A stretch of 54,435 nt of DNA from a virus. Taxonomy: Duplodnaviria; Caudoviricetes. The stretch is from positions 1 to 54,435 of the IMG/VR virus record IMGVR_UViG_3300048577_000441. One strand, written 5' to 3'. The translations under genes and the position numbers were made by a program. This document shows, one piece after another, positions 17,156 to 26,933 of this stretch. Numbering within the stretch: the stretch's first letter is position 1; every line of letters starts with the position of its first letter. The notes below the pieces were generated by a model that worked only from the letters and a program-made list of their open reading frames with translations, did not search any database and had not been told where the DNA came from.

Positions 17156-19052
17156 GACGGCCCGGCTCGGCGAGCAGGACCTGTGGCGGCGCACCCGCCG
17201 GCAGATCGCGCCCCGGCGGCGCATGACGCCGCTGGAGTTCGGTCAGAAGCACCGGGTCTATTCGAAGGAAGGCCGCTCGGCCCGCTGGCGCGTCGAAGAG
17301 ACGCCCTGGGCCGCGGAGATCCTGGAGACGCTTTCGGACGAGAGCCCCTATCAGCGGGTGATCGCGCCGAAGGGGACGCAGCTGGGCTTCACCGAGCTCG
17401 GTCTGATCTGGATCGGGCAGGGGATTGTCGAGGCCCAGTCGGCCCTGGTGATCGAGCCCACGGAAGCGACCGCCAAGAAGGTGGTCCGGCAGAAGTTCCG
17501 GCCCATGCTGTTGACCACCTCGCTGTTGCAGGAGGTGTTCACCGGCCGGTCGGCGGACTCGACGCTGCACTTTTCGGCGCCGAGCGTGGACGTGATGTTC
17601 GCCGGCTCCAACAGCCCGTCGAACTTCGCCTCGGTCACCGTGCCGCGGTTCTTCGGGGACGAGATCGACCGGTGGTCAGCCGAGCTGATCGACGAGGGCG
17701 ACCCGCTGGACCTGGCGGCCAACCGGATCGCCGAGTACGGATTCCTGGGCAAGATGTTCCTGCCCTGCTCGCCCACCCTGGAGGGGGTGAGCCTGGTCTG
17801 GAAGGCCTGGCTGGAGAGCGATCAGCGGGTCTTCGAGTGTCCCTGTCCGACCTGTGGACTGAAACAGCAGTGGCTGTGGGACCATATGGCCTGGGAGCCG
17901 GACGCGCCGGAGACGGTGCGGCTCTATTGCGTGGGCTGCGGCGTCGGCTCCACCGAGGGCGAGTGGAAATCGGGCTGGGGCGCCGGGGCCTGGCGGGCGA
18001 CGAACCCAGCGCCCATGCGCAAGGATACGGCAGGCTTCCACCTCTCCACCCTCTATTCGAGGCTGGGGGGGCGGTCCTGGGCGGCCCTGGCCCAGCAATA
18101 TATCGCGGCCAAGGCCTCGGGCCTGGCCAGCCGGATGCAGGTGTTCTGGAACACCATCCTGGGCCTGCCCTGGAAGGTGTCGGAAGACGCGCCCAAGGCC
18201 GACGATCTGCGCAAGCGGCTGGAAGCCGACCATGAGCGGGGCGTGATCCCGGCCGGTGGTCTCTGTCTGACGGCCGGCATCGACTATCAGAAGAACCGGA
18301 TCGAGGTCTTCGTCTGGGCCTGGGGCCGGCGGCGGGAACGCTGGCTGGTGGACAAGGTGGTGATCGAGCGGCTGGACGCCGAGGGCAAGGATCGCCCCTC
18401 GGCCGAGCTCGCCGCCGACCTCAAGGACCAGGTGCTGGAGAAGGACTGGCCCCACGCCCTGGGCGGAAGCCTGCGCATCGAGCAGGCCGTCCACGACGCC
18501 AATGACCGCCCGGCCGACGTCTTCGACGTGCTGGACCATCTGCCCAAGGCCCGCAACCTAGCGAGCCACGGGGTCGAGGGCTGGGCCCAGCAGCTGCCCT
18601 TCGCGCCGCCCAAGGTGGTGGACGTGAAGCGGGACGGCAAGGTGGTCAAGACGGGCCGGATGCGCATGCGCCTCCACACCGCCGTGGCCAAGTCGCTCTG
18701 GTACGAGGACCTGGCCAAGCCGCTCTCGGAGGAGGGGGGCTCGGAACGGTATGTCCATCTGCCGGCCTGGATCGACGAGGAAGAGGGCCTGCTGGAACAG
18801 TTCGTGGCCGAGGAGATCCGGCGCACGACCCGGGGCAAGCCCTACTGGCACAAGGTCAACGCCCGGAACGAGGGCCTGGACTGCGCCGTGATGGGCGACG
18901 CCGCCCGCTGGCATTTGAAGACGCACCGCTGGAGCGAGGCCGAATGGCTTCGCCGGGAAGCCGCGGTGCGCATCGAACAGAAATCGAGCGCGCCGCCGCC
19001 CCCGCCTCCGAGCGGCGGGCGGCGCTCGCGCGTCCGGGGAAGGATCGGCTAG
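17094..19052 (+). CDS. Terminase large subunit, lambda GpA family (start uncertain, up to 17223)
   Basis: 'ETPW', 'KGTQLGFTE', 'DEIDRW...EGDP', 'SPT', 'SDQR..CPCPTCG', 'GIDYQ', 'RNEGLDC'. Confidence 0.93.
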   Translation: MPSGSLNGSSPTTGESPAPRRTARLGEQDLWRRTRRQIAPRRRMTPLEFGQKHRVYSKEGRSARWRVEETPWAAEILETLSDESPYQRVIAPKGTQLGFTELGLIWIGQGIVEAQSALVIEPTEATAKKVVRQKFRPMLLTTSLLQEVFTGRSADSTLHFSAPSVDVMFAGSNSPSNFASVTVPRFFGDEIDRWSAELIDEGDPLDLAANRIAEYGFLGKMFLPCSPTLEGVSLVWKAWLESDQRVFECPCPTCGLKQQWLWDHMAWEPDAPETVRLYCVGCGVGSTEGEWKSGWGAGAWRATNPAPMRKDTAGFHLSTLYSRLGGRSWAALAQQYIAAKASGLASRMQVFWNTILGLPWKVSEDAPKADDLRKRLEADHERGVIPAGGLCLTAGIDYQKNRIEVFVWAWGRRRERWLVDKVVIERLDAEGKDRPSAELAADLKDQVLEKDWPHALGGSLRIEQAVHDANDRPADVFDVLDHLPKARNLASHGVEGWAQQLPFAPPKVVDVKRDGKVVKTGRMRMRLHTAVAKSLWYEDLAKPLSEEGGSERYVHLPAWIDEEEGLLEQFVAEEIRRTTRGKPYWHKVNARNEGLDCAVMGDAARWHLKTHRWSEAEWLRREAAVRIEQKSSAPPPPPPSGGRRSRVRGRIG

Positions 19053-19055
19053 ACC

Positions 19056-19283
19056 ATGGCGACGTTGGAGCAGCTGCGGGCCTATGAGGCCAAGCTGGTC
19101 AAGGCGGCCAGCGATCCGACCAAGTCGGTCTGGTACGACGACTTCCGCAAGGAAAGCCGGCCCTTCGCCGAGATCCAGAAACAGCTGGCCTGGGTGCGCG
19201 CTGAGATCGCCGCCCATCCGGACAATCCGGCCGCCCAGGCCAAGCCCCGGCGGCAATTGCCGCGGGCGCGGTGCGACCTCTGA
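19056..19283 (+). CDS. gpW-like head-tail joining protein
   Basis: 75 aa between terL and portal. Confidence 0.75.
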   Translation: MATLEQLRAYEAKLVKAASDPTKSVWYDDFRKESRPFAEIQKQLAWVRAEIAAHPDNPAAQAKPRRQLPRARCDL

Positions 19284-20821
19284 TGGCCGCCCGCACCTCC
19301 TGGGCGGCGGGACTCGCCGAGCGGTTCCGCGCCTTCGCCAATCCGCACGGGCTGCGCGCCGAGGGCATGCCCCGCGGCGCCCGGCACGGGCGGCGGTCGG
19401 CCCTGTTCGAGCAGAGCCGTCAGCATCTGAACGCGGTGCTGGCCGGCGCCGGTTCGACCCTGCGCGGGCGGGTGCGCTTCCTGATCCGCGAAGGTTCCTA
19501 TGCCGGCGCGATGAAGCGCATCTGGACCGACTATGCGGTGGGCACGGGCTGGACGCCGGTGTCGCTGCATCCCAACGCCGAGGTTCGCGCGGCCCTGAAC
19601 CTGGGCTGGAAGGCCTGGACGGACCTCTGCGACCACGACGGCCTGACCGACTATTACGGCCTGCAGGCGCTGATCGCCGATGAGGAGTTCGAGGCCGGCG
19701 AGTGCTTCGTCCGGTTGCACCCGGACCCGGTGGTCGGACTTCGCCTGCAGGTGATCGAAAGCGAGCAGCTGCCCTATTCGAACCTGCCGGCCGAGGGCTG
19801 GGCCCTGCCGGAAGGCCATGAGGTGCGGCTGGGGGTGGAGTTCGACGCCCGCGGACGGCGGGTGGCCTATCACTTCTATCGCCAGCACCCCGGCGACGGG
19901 ACCAAGGAGTTCGCCGAGGCTCGCCTGCTGATGCGCGTGCCGGCCGATGAGATCCTGCACATCTTCCGGGTGCGCCGGCCTGGCCAGATCCGCGGCTATC
20001 CGCAGCTGGCCGGCGCCATCGTGCCGAACTTCAAACTGGAGGAGTACGAGGACGCGCTCCTGGAGCGCGCCGCCCAGTCGGCCAAGTATATGGGCTTCAT
20101 CACCCGGGCCGGTGGCGGCAACGAGGACCCCACACCCGTGGCGTCCGACGGCGGCGCCCGGGAGTACCAGCTCGAAACGGGCGTCCTCTACGAGGTCGAT
20201 CCGGAAGAGAAGATCGAGTTCAACCAGCCGCCGGAGCCGGGCGCCGGCTTCGACGACATGGAGCGGCGGTTCATCGCCAAGGCCTGCGCGGCCGTGGGCG
20301 TGCCCTATGCCGAGGTCTCCGGCGACCTGAAGAACGCCAACTTCTCATCGGCCCGCATCGGCCGCCAGCCGCTCCGGCGATCGGTGGAGCGGTGGGGCCA
20401 CGCCACCTTGAACTTCCAGCTCAACCGCCCGGTCTGGGCGGCCTGGCTGCGCCTGGGGATGCTGGCGGGCCAGATCAGCCTGCCGCGGGGCGCCTCGCGC
20501 CAGATCGAGACCTATCTGCCGGTCAACTGGCTCCCGCCGCACTGGGAGTATGTGAACCCGCTGGACGACGTAAAGGCCGACGAGATCGCCGTGGCCAACG
20601 GCTTCAAGCCCCGCGGCCACGTCATCGCCGCCCAGGGCTATTCGCCGGAGGAGGTGGACGCCCAGATCGCCGACGATCAGGCCCGCCAGGACCGCCTCAA
20701 GCTGCGGATCGGCTCCACCAAAAGCCAGAACGCGGCCGCTTCGACGACCAAGCCCGGCGAGCGTGAACGCGACGGCGGCCCGGCCGACACCGAAGACGAT
20801 CAAGAGGACGCCGCCCAATGA
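19283..20821 (+). CDS. Phage portal protein, lambda family
   Basis: 'GECF', 'LQVIESEQL', 'GVEFD..GRRVAYH', 'RPGQIRG', 'ANFSSAR', 'WEYVNPLDD'. Confidence 0.93.
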   Translation: MAARTSWAAGLAERFRAFANPHGLRAEGMPRGARHGRRSALFEQSRQHLNAVLAGAGSTLRGRVRFLIREGSYAGAMKRIWTDYAVGTGWTPVSLHPNAEVRAALNLGWKAWTDLCDHDGLTDYYGLQALIADEEFEAGECFVRLHPDPVVGLRLQVIESEQLPYSNLPAEGWALPEGHEVRLGVEFDARGRRVAYHFYRQHPGDGTKEFAEARLLMRVPADEILHIFRVRRPGQIRGYPQLAGAIVPNFKLEEYEDALLERAAQSAKYMGFITRAGGGNEDPTPVASDGGAREYQLETGVLYEVDPEEKIEFNQPPEPGAGFDDMERRFIAKACAAVGVPYAEVSGDLKNANFSSARIGRQPLRRSVERWGHATLNFQLNRPVWAAWLRLGMLAGQISLPRGASRQIETYLPVNWLPPHWEYVNPLDDVKADEIAVANGFKPRGHVIAAQGYSPEEVDAQIADDQARQDRLKLRIGSTKSQNAAASTTKPGERERDGGPADTEDDQEDAAQ

Positions 20822-21726
20822 GCCTGCTCTCGCCCGACGCGGCCGCGCGCCTCTTCAACCAGCCGCTGATGATCAGCGAGGCCCAGGCCCTGGCTCTGCT
20901 GGCCACCCTGGGCGCCGAGCGCGCGTCGGGCGGCTGGGTGCTGCCGTCACGCCTGGCGCAGGCGTCCCCCGAACCTGAAATGGGGCGGCTGTCGGACCGG
21001 CTGGGCCGGTCCTATGACCAGGCCGGCATGCGCACCTTCGAGGTGGTGGACAATGTGGCGGTGATCACCGTCGAAGGGTCACTGGCCCACAAGGGCGCCT
21101 ATCTCGGCTCGTCCTACTGGTTCGGCGGGACCTCCTATCAGGGCCTGCAAACCCAGATCACCCGACTGGAGCAGGACGACGAGGTCAAGGCCGTGGTGGT
21201 GGAGGTGGACTCCGGCGGCGGCGAGGTGGCCGGCTGCTTCGAGACCGCCGACATGCTGTGGCGCCTGTCGCAGCGCAAGCCGACCATGGCCATCCTGACC
21301 GATCACGCCTGTTCGGCGGCCTATCTACTGGCCGCGGCGACGCGCCAGATCGTCGTCCCGCCCACGGGACTGACCGGCTCCATCGGCGTCATGGCGCTGC
21401 ACCTGGACCTTTCGGGCATGCTCGAAAAGATGGGCGCCAAGGTGAACCTGATCACCTCGGGCGAGCGGAAGGCCGACGGCCATCCCATGAGCCCGCTTTC
21501 CGACGAGGGCCGCGCCATCGTGCAGGCCCGCGTCGACGACACGCGCAATCTCTTCGCCACCCGGCTGGGCAAATACCGCGCCGGGCGACTGAGCAAGGAA
21601 CAGGCGTTGGCCACTGAGGCTGGCGTCTATGCCGGAGCCGACGCCGTGCGCGCCGGCCTCGCCGACGGCGTGGGCGCGGCCCACGACGCTTTCGCCGCCT
21701 TCCGCAAGGCGGTCAACAAGGCCTGA
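20818..21726 (+). CDS. S49 family prohead protease (gpC-like)
   Basis: 'VDSGGGEVAG', 'ACSAAY', 'TGSIGV'. Confidence 0.92.
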   Translation: MSLLSPDAAARLFNQPLMISEAQALALLATLGAERASGGWVLPSRLAQASPEPEMGRLSDRLGRSYDQAGMRTFEVVDNVAVITVEGSLAHKGAYLGSSYWFGGTSYQGLQTQITRLEQDDEVKAVVVEVDSGGGEVAGCFETADMLWRLSQRKPTMAILTDHACSAAYLLAAATRQIVVPPTGLTGSIGVMALHLDLSGMLEKMGAKVNLITSGERKADGHPMSPLSDEGRAIVQARVDDTRNLFATRLGKYRAGRLSKEQALATEAGVYAGADAVRAGLADGVGAAHDAFAAFRKAVNKA

Positions 21727-21752
21727 CCGGCCGCCCAACCCTGGAGAAACCG

Positions 21753-22211
21753 ATGTCCGGTTCCAACCTCGCGGCCGTCGCAGCGGCGGCCGCCGCCCAA
21801 GATCCTGCGCCGGCGCCCGCCGCCACCAGTCCCGCCGCGCCCGCCGCCCCTGCAGCGGCTCAGCCCGCCGCCCCTGTGGCCGCCCAGACCATCACCGCCC
21901 CGGCTATCGCTGACGCGGCGACGGTGGTCACCGCCACCGCGGCCCTGGAGCTGCTGGTGGTCGGCTATCCCGAGCTGAAGGGCCTGGTCGAGCCGCTCGC
22001 CGCCAAGGCCAAGGCCGGCTGCAGCGAAGCCGAGTTCAGCCGCGCCATCCTGGAGGCCAAGGCCGGCGGCGTCACCGCCCCGGCGATGGACACCAGGCAG
22101 GGCAACCAAGTGCCCCAGCCGACGCCCAGCGGCGCCGCTCCCGCGGCGAAGGGCGAGGCCCTGGACGCCGGGGCGATCTTCTCCGACCGCGCAAAGGCCA
22201 TGACCTCCTAG
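21753..22211 (+). CDS. Ala/Pro-rich putative scaffolding protein
   Basis: GGAG RBS; lies between protease and decoration genes. Confidence 0.6.
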   Translation: MSGSNLAAVAAAAAAQDPAPAPAATSPAAPAAPAAAQPAAPVAAQTITAPAIADAATVVTATAALELLVVGYPELKGLVEPLAAKAKAGCSEAEFSRAILEAKAGGVTAPAMDTRQGNQVPQPTPSGAAPAAKGEALDAGAIFSDRAKAMTS

Positions 22212-22323
22212 AGCCTGATGCGATCAGACGAAACCGTCTGATCGTTGAATCAGGCTCTAAACTCAAAGTCTTGAGCGCGTTTCTTACCGATAACCGGTGC
22301 CCACTTATCGGAACGCGCTCTAG
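22208..22323. repeat. 116-bp CIR/RIME-like palindromic intergenic repeat (MITE-like)
   Basis: CTAGAGC...GCTCTAG termini; two internal hairpins (AGAGCCTGAT...ATCAGGCTCT and GAGCGCGTT...AACGCGCTC); one GANTC site (GAATC); AT-richer than its flanks. Confidence 0.85.
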
Positions 22324-22389
22324 GCGGCGGACCCAAGCCGGGGGCGTCCGCGCCCCTGATCCTCTCACTCGCGAAAGAAGGAACGCCCC

Positions 22390-23052
22390 ATGGCGGTCTA
22401 TGTCGAAGGCGCCCATGAGGGCGAATTTCTGATGTCGGAAGCCGCGGGCACTCGCTCGCGGGAAACCGTCGTCTTTGGTCCCAGTCAGGAGCTGGTCCCC
22501 GGCCAGGTGGTCGGCCAGATCCTGGTGGGCGCTCTGTCGGCCACGGCCGAAGCCTTTGCTGGCAACACCGGCAACGGCGTGATGGGCGCCATCACCGTGG
22601 ACGCTGGCGCCCCCCTGGGGGAATACAAGCTGGTGATCACCGAGCCGGCCTCCAACGTCGGCAACTTCGTGGTCGAGCGTCCTGACGGCGTCGTAGACGG
22701 GCAGGGGGATGTGGCCGCCGCCTATAACGGCCTGATCAATTTCACCCTGGCCGACGGCGCCACGGACTTCGTGGCCGGCGACGGTTTCACCATCACGGTG
22801 GTTGCCGCCGACGCCGACGATCAGGACCAGTATGTGGCGCTCTCCCTGACCGCCACCGACGGCTCCCAGACCCCGGCGGGCCTGACCTATCGCGGCGTCA
22901 TCACCGGCGCCGACGAGACGGCCGAGGATGTCCTGATCGTCCGGGACGCCGAGGTGAACGGCCAGCTGATCACCTATCCGACCGGCGCCACTGACGACCA
23001 GAAGGCGGCGATCCGCGGCGCCCTGATCACCAAGGGCATCATCGTCCGCTGA
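22390..23052 (+). CDS. Head decoration protein (gpD-like, with inserted domain)
   Basis: 'GEFLMSEA.GTRSRE...GQVVG...ATDGSQ..AG...VRDAEVN..LI.P...GIIVR'. Confidence 0.85.
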   Translation: MAVYVEGAHEGEFLMSEAAGTRSRETVVFGPSQELVPGQVVGQILVGALSATAEAFAGNTGNGVMGAITVDAGAPLGEYKLVITEPASNVGNFVVERPDGVVDGQGDVAAAYNGLINFTLADGATDFVAGDGFTITVVAADADDQDQYVALSLTATDGSQTPAGLTYRGVITGADETAEDVLIVRDAEVNGQLITYPTGATDDQKAAIRGALITKGIIVR

Positions 23053-23079
23053 TCGGCGGACTCTCTGAACCCCGCCCGT

Positions 23080-23146
23080 CCCGGGTCGTAAGGCCCGGGC
23101 TCGCGATCCCCCCACGTCAGGCCCGGCCGCAAGCCGGGCCGTTTTC
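23080..23146 (+). terminator. Two GC hairpins between decoration and capsid genes
   Basis: CCCGGGTC-GTAA-GGCCCGGG (23080-23099) and GGCCCGGC-CGCAA-GCCGGGCC followed by GTTTT (23120-23145). Confidence 0.5.
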
Positions 23147-23163
23147 ATGAGGAGAGCATTGCG

Positions 23164-24159
23164 ATGCTCGACGCCTTCACGCCTGACCAGTTCAGCCTCG
23201 CAACGCTGACCCAGTCGATCAACAAGCAACCCTACAAGCCCGGCTTCCTGTCCCGCCGCGGCCTGTTCACCGAGGACCGCACCGCCACGATCCTGATCGG
23301 GATCGAGGAGAAGGACGAGGTTCTGACCGTGGTGAAGACCCGCCCCCGCGGCGGTCCCCGCACCGGCCGTCAACGCGAGCGTCGTCGCCTGCGGACCTTC
23401 GAGGTCCCGCACCTGCCGGTGAACGACTATATCCGCGCCGACGAGATCCAGGGCGTCCGGGAGTTCGGCTCCGAGAACCAGCTTCAGGGCGTGGAATCGG
23501 TGCGCAACGCCCGGATGATGTCCATGGCCAGCGACCTGGACCTCACCCTGGAGTTCCACCGCCTGGGCGCGGTCAAGGGCCTGGTGCTGGACGCCGACGG
23601 CTCCACCCTGATCGACCTCTATTCGGAGTTCGGGGTGACCGCCCAGACCGAGGTCGACTTCGACCTGGACAACGCCAACCCCGTTTCCGGGGCGCTCAAC
23701 AAGAAGGTCGCCCAGGTCAAGCGGCGCATCCTCAATGAGCTGGGCGGCGCCGAACCCACGGGGATCGAGTGCCTCTGCGGCGACGACTTCTGGGATGACC
23801 TGATCAATCATCCGGACGCCCGCGAGTTCTACCGCCGCGCCGTGGCCAACCGCCTGGCCGATGCGCCGGTCTACGAGTCCTTCGCCTATGGCGGCGTGAT
23901 GTGGTGGAACTATCGCGGCGCGGGCTCGGTCGCCGTCCACACCGACAAGTGCCACTTCTACCCCGTCGGCGTCCCGGGCCTGTTCACCACCACCTTCGCC
24001 CCGGCCAACTATTTCGAGACGGTCAACACGCTTGGCCTGCCTCGCTACGCCAAGGGCGTCTCGGACGACTGGAACACCCAGATCGATCTGGAAGCCCAGA
24101 CCAACCCGCTGAACCTCTGCACGCGCCCCCGCGCCCTGCAGCAGGGCCGGCGCACCTAA
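23164..24159 (+). CDS. Major capsid protein E family
   Basis: 'FSLATLTQSIN..PYKPG...IRADEIQGVREFG...TLEFHRLGAVKG..LDADG...FAPANYFETVNTLGLPRYA...QTNPL.LCTRP'. Confidence 0.93.
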   Translation: MLDAFTPDQFSLATLTQSINKQPYKPGFLSRRGLFTEDRTATILIGIEEKDEVLTVVKTRPRGGPRTGRQRERRRLRTFEVPHLPVNDYIRADEIQGVREFGSENQLQGVESVRNARMMSMASDLDLTLEFHRLGAVKGLVLDADGSTLIDLYSEFGVTAQTEVDFDLDNANPVSGALNKKVAQVKRRILNELGGAEPTGIECLCGDDFWDDLINHPDAREFYRRAVANRLADAPVYESFAYGGVMWWNYRGAGSVAVHTDKCHFYPVGVPGLFTTTFAPANYFETVNTLGLPRYAKGVSDDWNTQIDLEAQTNPLNLCTRPRALQQGRRT

Positions 24160-24181
24160 TCATCCTCCCCGATGATGACCT

Positions 24182-24230
24182 GACGACGGGTCCGCGCGTG
24201 GCGACACGGCGGGCCCGTCGTCCCTTTTCC
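24182..24230 (+). terminator. Long hairpin / terminator after the capsid gene
   Basis: GACGACGGGTCCGC...GCGA...GCGGGCCCGTCGTC followed by CCTTTT. Confidence 0.6.
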
Positions 24231-24256
24231 CCCACAAGTTTCTGCCGGAGCGGCCC

Positions 24257-24601
24257 ATGGACCTGGCGAGCGCAGCCGACGCCATCGAGGCGGTGTTCGA
24301 CGCCACGGGCGAGGACGCCGTCTATGGCGATGGCGGCACGACCGGCGCGCCGTGCCTGGCGATCCCCTGGCGGCCTAGCCGCGAACGGCAGATGGCCGGC
24401 GTGGAGCTGGCCGGCTTCTCCATCGGCGAGCGCAGCCTGTTCGTCCTGGTGCAGAAGGGCGAGGTGCCTTCGCCGACGCAGGGCATGGCCTTCCGGCTGC
24501 TGGACGCCGGGACCACTTACAGGATCGGCGACACCCCCGTCGCCCACGACACCCGCGGGCTGGTCTGGCGCTGCCCGGCGGTGGAAGAGGCCACGACGTG
24601 A
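24257..24601 (+). CDS. Head-tail joining protein (FII-like)
   Basis: Size, beta-rich pattern and position after the capsid gene. Confidence 0.7.
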   Translation: MDLASAADAIEAVFDATGEDAVYGDGGTTGAPCLAIPWRPSRERQMAGVELAGFSIGERSLFVLVQKGEVPSPTQGMAFRLLDAGTTYRIGDTPVAHDTRGLVWRCPAVEEATT

Positions 24602-25062
24602 GCGCGACGAACGCGATCCGCCGGGCCCATGACGCCCTGGCCGCCCTTCTGACCGGCGCCTTCGACGAGGTGGACGGCCTGACGCTGGCCCGCAACCCGT
24701 CCGGCCACACCCCGCCCAAGGCCCGCGCCCAGGGCGAGATGGCCTTTTACCTGGCCTTGATCGACGACACCGAGCCGGAGGTGGAGGCGGTGCTCACCGG
24801 GCCGGTCTACGACCTTCGGGCAACGCCCACGGTGGTGCTGGCCTATTCCGGCGGGACGAAGGACGCCCGGCAGAGCGCCGCCTGGCTGGCTCTGGAGCCG
24901 GTCAAGACCGCCCTGGCCGCCGACCGCACCCTGGCGGGCGCGGTGTCCTATGTCGAGCTGGAGGCCGCCGGCCCCGCCGATGTCGCCGATAACGACTGGA
25001 TGGCCGGCGGGCTGGAAGTCCGCGTGTCGCTGCTGTTCGACGCCCCCACCAAGGCGGGCTGA
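24598..25062 (+). CDS. Tail terminator/completion-like protein
   Basis: 'ALAADRTLAGAV' motif; position. Confidence 0.65.
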   Translation: MSATNAIRRAHDALAALLTGAFDEVDGLTLARNPSGHTPPKARAQGEMAFYLALIDDTEPEVEAVLTGPVYDLRATPTVVLAYSGGTKDARQSAAWLALEPVKTALAADRTLAGAVSYVELEAAGPADVADNDWMAGGLEVRVSLLFDAPTKAG

Positions 25063-25109
25063 GCCCCTTCAGCCGACGGCCTCAAACCGCCTTCACCTAG
25101 GAGCCCCCC

Positions 25110-25364
25110 ATGGCCAAAGATCTGCCCACCCCCGCCGGCCTCGCCATCGCCGACAGCCCGCCCGTCGTGGAGCCCGCCGCCACGGCGCCGGCACCGCCCG
25201 CGAAAGCCCCTGAGAAAGGCGTCTTCCTCGCCCGCCGCACCAGTGAGGACTACGGCCCCAAGGGCGGGTTCGTCGACCTGACCGAGGACGAGGCCAAGGC
25301 CGCCGTGACGAGCGGGACCTTGCGCCCGGCCACGGCCGCAGAGATCGCCCGCCGCCGGCGCTAG
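25110..25364 (+). CDS. Hypothetical phage protein
   Basis: AGGAG RBS, 84 aa. Confidence 0.65.
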   Translation: MAKDLPTPAGLAIADSPPVVEPAATAPAPPAKAPEKGVFLARRTSEDYGPKGGFVDLTEDEAKAAVTSGTLRPATAAEIARRRR

Positions 25365-25407
25365 AGCCGGCGGCTCATCCCCTTCACTCACGTCTTAGGA
25401 GGCCCCC

Positions 25408-26364
25408 ATGCAGGGCTTGGAATCGACGGTCTCGATCGGCAAGCAGTCCGGCGCGACCGACCCCACCACCCTGGCCCGCCAGAGCCTGAACATCTATGGG
25501 ATCACCGGCGGCCAGACCGAGAGCGACGAGGACGACGACATCCTGGGCGGCGGTCTGGAGAATGCGTCGGACCCCACCGCGCCCGCGCCGGGCCTGGACG
25601 AACACCGGATCCAGGTGCGCGTCCCGGCCTGCATCGCCCAGCTGCCCTGGTGGTTCGCGGCCTTCTTCGGGACCGAAGCCGCCACCGGCGACACCCCGGA
25701 CTACACCCACACCTGGAAGAGCGGCCAGGCGCTGCCCTACATCTTCCTGGAGCACAAGCTGAAGACCGGACGGTTCCGTCGCCACTTCGGCCTGGTGGGC
25801 GAGAGCCTCGAGGTGGACTGGGACGCCGAGCGCAGCGGCTTCGCCATGGTGACCATGAGCTTCATCGGCCTGAAGGAAACCACGGCCACCTCGGCCCTGG
25901 CGGGCACGGTCACCGACGCCCCGGCCCTGGATCGTCCGGCGCAGAAGCTGGTGAACATGATCTACAACAGCGTCGGCGGCGGCGACATCATGGGCGGCCG
26001 GCTGCAGTTCAACCGGACCCTGAAGCGCATCCGCGCCGCCGATGGCACGGGGGTTCCCTACAAGGTCGAGCAGGACGGAACGTCGCGCCTCGAAGGCTCC
26101 CTGCGCCTGCGCTACGAGGATGACGACTTCGTGGATGACGGGATCGGCAAGACCGCCCGGGCCTTCTCCATCGAGCTGATGCGCACCGCCGCGCGCGGTC
26201 TGCAGTTCGAGATGGACAATATGCGCCTGTCGCGGACGCCCATCGACATCGACGGCCCCGACGGGGTCGAATACGAGATGGCCTTCAAGGCCTGGCAGGA
26301 CAGCGACTCCCCGGCGCTGCGGGCGCTCGCCCTCAACGGCTCGGCGACCGTCGCCTTCGCCTGA
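25408..26364 (+). CDS. Phage tail tube (major tail) protein
   Basis: AGGAGG RBS; 'YTHTWKSGQALP...LEGSLRLRY...PIDIDGPDGVE'. Confidence 0.8.
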   Translation: MQGLESTVSIGKQSGATDPTTLARQSLNIYGITGGQTESDEDDDILGGGLENASDPTAPAPGLDEHRIQVRVPACIAQLPWWFAAFFGTEAATGDTPDYTHTWKSGQALPYIFLEHKLKTGRFRRHFGLVGESLEVDWDAERSGFAMVTMSFIGLKETTATSALAGTVTDAPALDRPAQKLVNMIYNSVGGGDIMGGRLQFNRTLKRIRAADGTGVPYKVEQDGTSRLEGSLRLRYEDDDFVDDGIGKTARAFSIELMRTAARGLQFEMDNMRLSRTPIDIDGPDGVEYEMAFKAWQDSDSPALRALALNGSATVAFA

Positions 26365-26933
26365 TGTCCGCGCTGGAAAACGCCCCGCTGGCGGTGTTCA
26401 AGCGCCGTCAGCTTGGGGAGATCACGGTGGCGGCCCTGGACTCAGGGTCGCCGCCGCTGCTGGTGGCGTTCGAGGTCCCCACGGGCCTGAAGGTCGCCGA
26501 GGGGGAGGCCGCCGCCGCGCGGGCCATGGCCACCCTGCGGGACAATCCGGAGATCCTGCGGCGCTACGGCCTGCCCGAGCGGGCGCTCACCGATGCAGAG
26601 ACCTTCGCGCTCGGCCGCATCGCCACGGCCGTGGAGTTCGCGGTCCTGCTATGGCGGGAGTGGACCTATAGCCGCGCCGGCGTCGACGACGGCCCCGCCC
26701 CCCTGGAGCCCGAGGTGATCGGCGAGCTGCTGGCCGACCAGCACATCCGTGCGGCCTGGATGATGCAGCTGGACGCCGCCAGTCCGCTGGAGCGCGCCGA
26801 GGGAAACGGCTCCGGCGTCTCGCCGAATGGGAGTTCGGAGGAGGCGCCGAATACTGCCGAGGCTGCGTCCGGCGCGGAAGCGCCTGCGCCAGCGGCGGCC
26901 GAGGCCGATCCGGCAATCTCTGTCCCCGACTAG
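26364..26933 (+). CDS. Tail assembly chaperone (gpG-like)
   Basis: Follows the tail tube gene; slippery heptamer near its 3' end. Confidence 0.72.
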   Translation: MSALENAPLAVFKRRQLGEITVAALDSGSPPLLVAFEVPTGLKVAEGEAAAARAMATLRDNPEILRRYGLPERALTDAETFALGRIATAVEFAVLLWREWTYSRAGVDDGPAPLEPEVIGELLADQHIRAAWMMQLDAASPLERAEGNGSGVSPNGSSEEAPNTAEAASGAEAPAPAAAEADPAISVPD

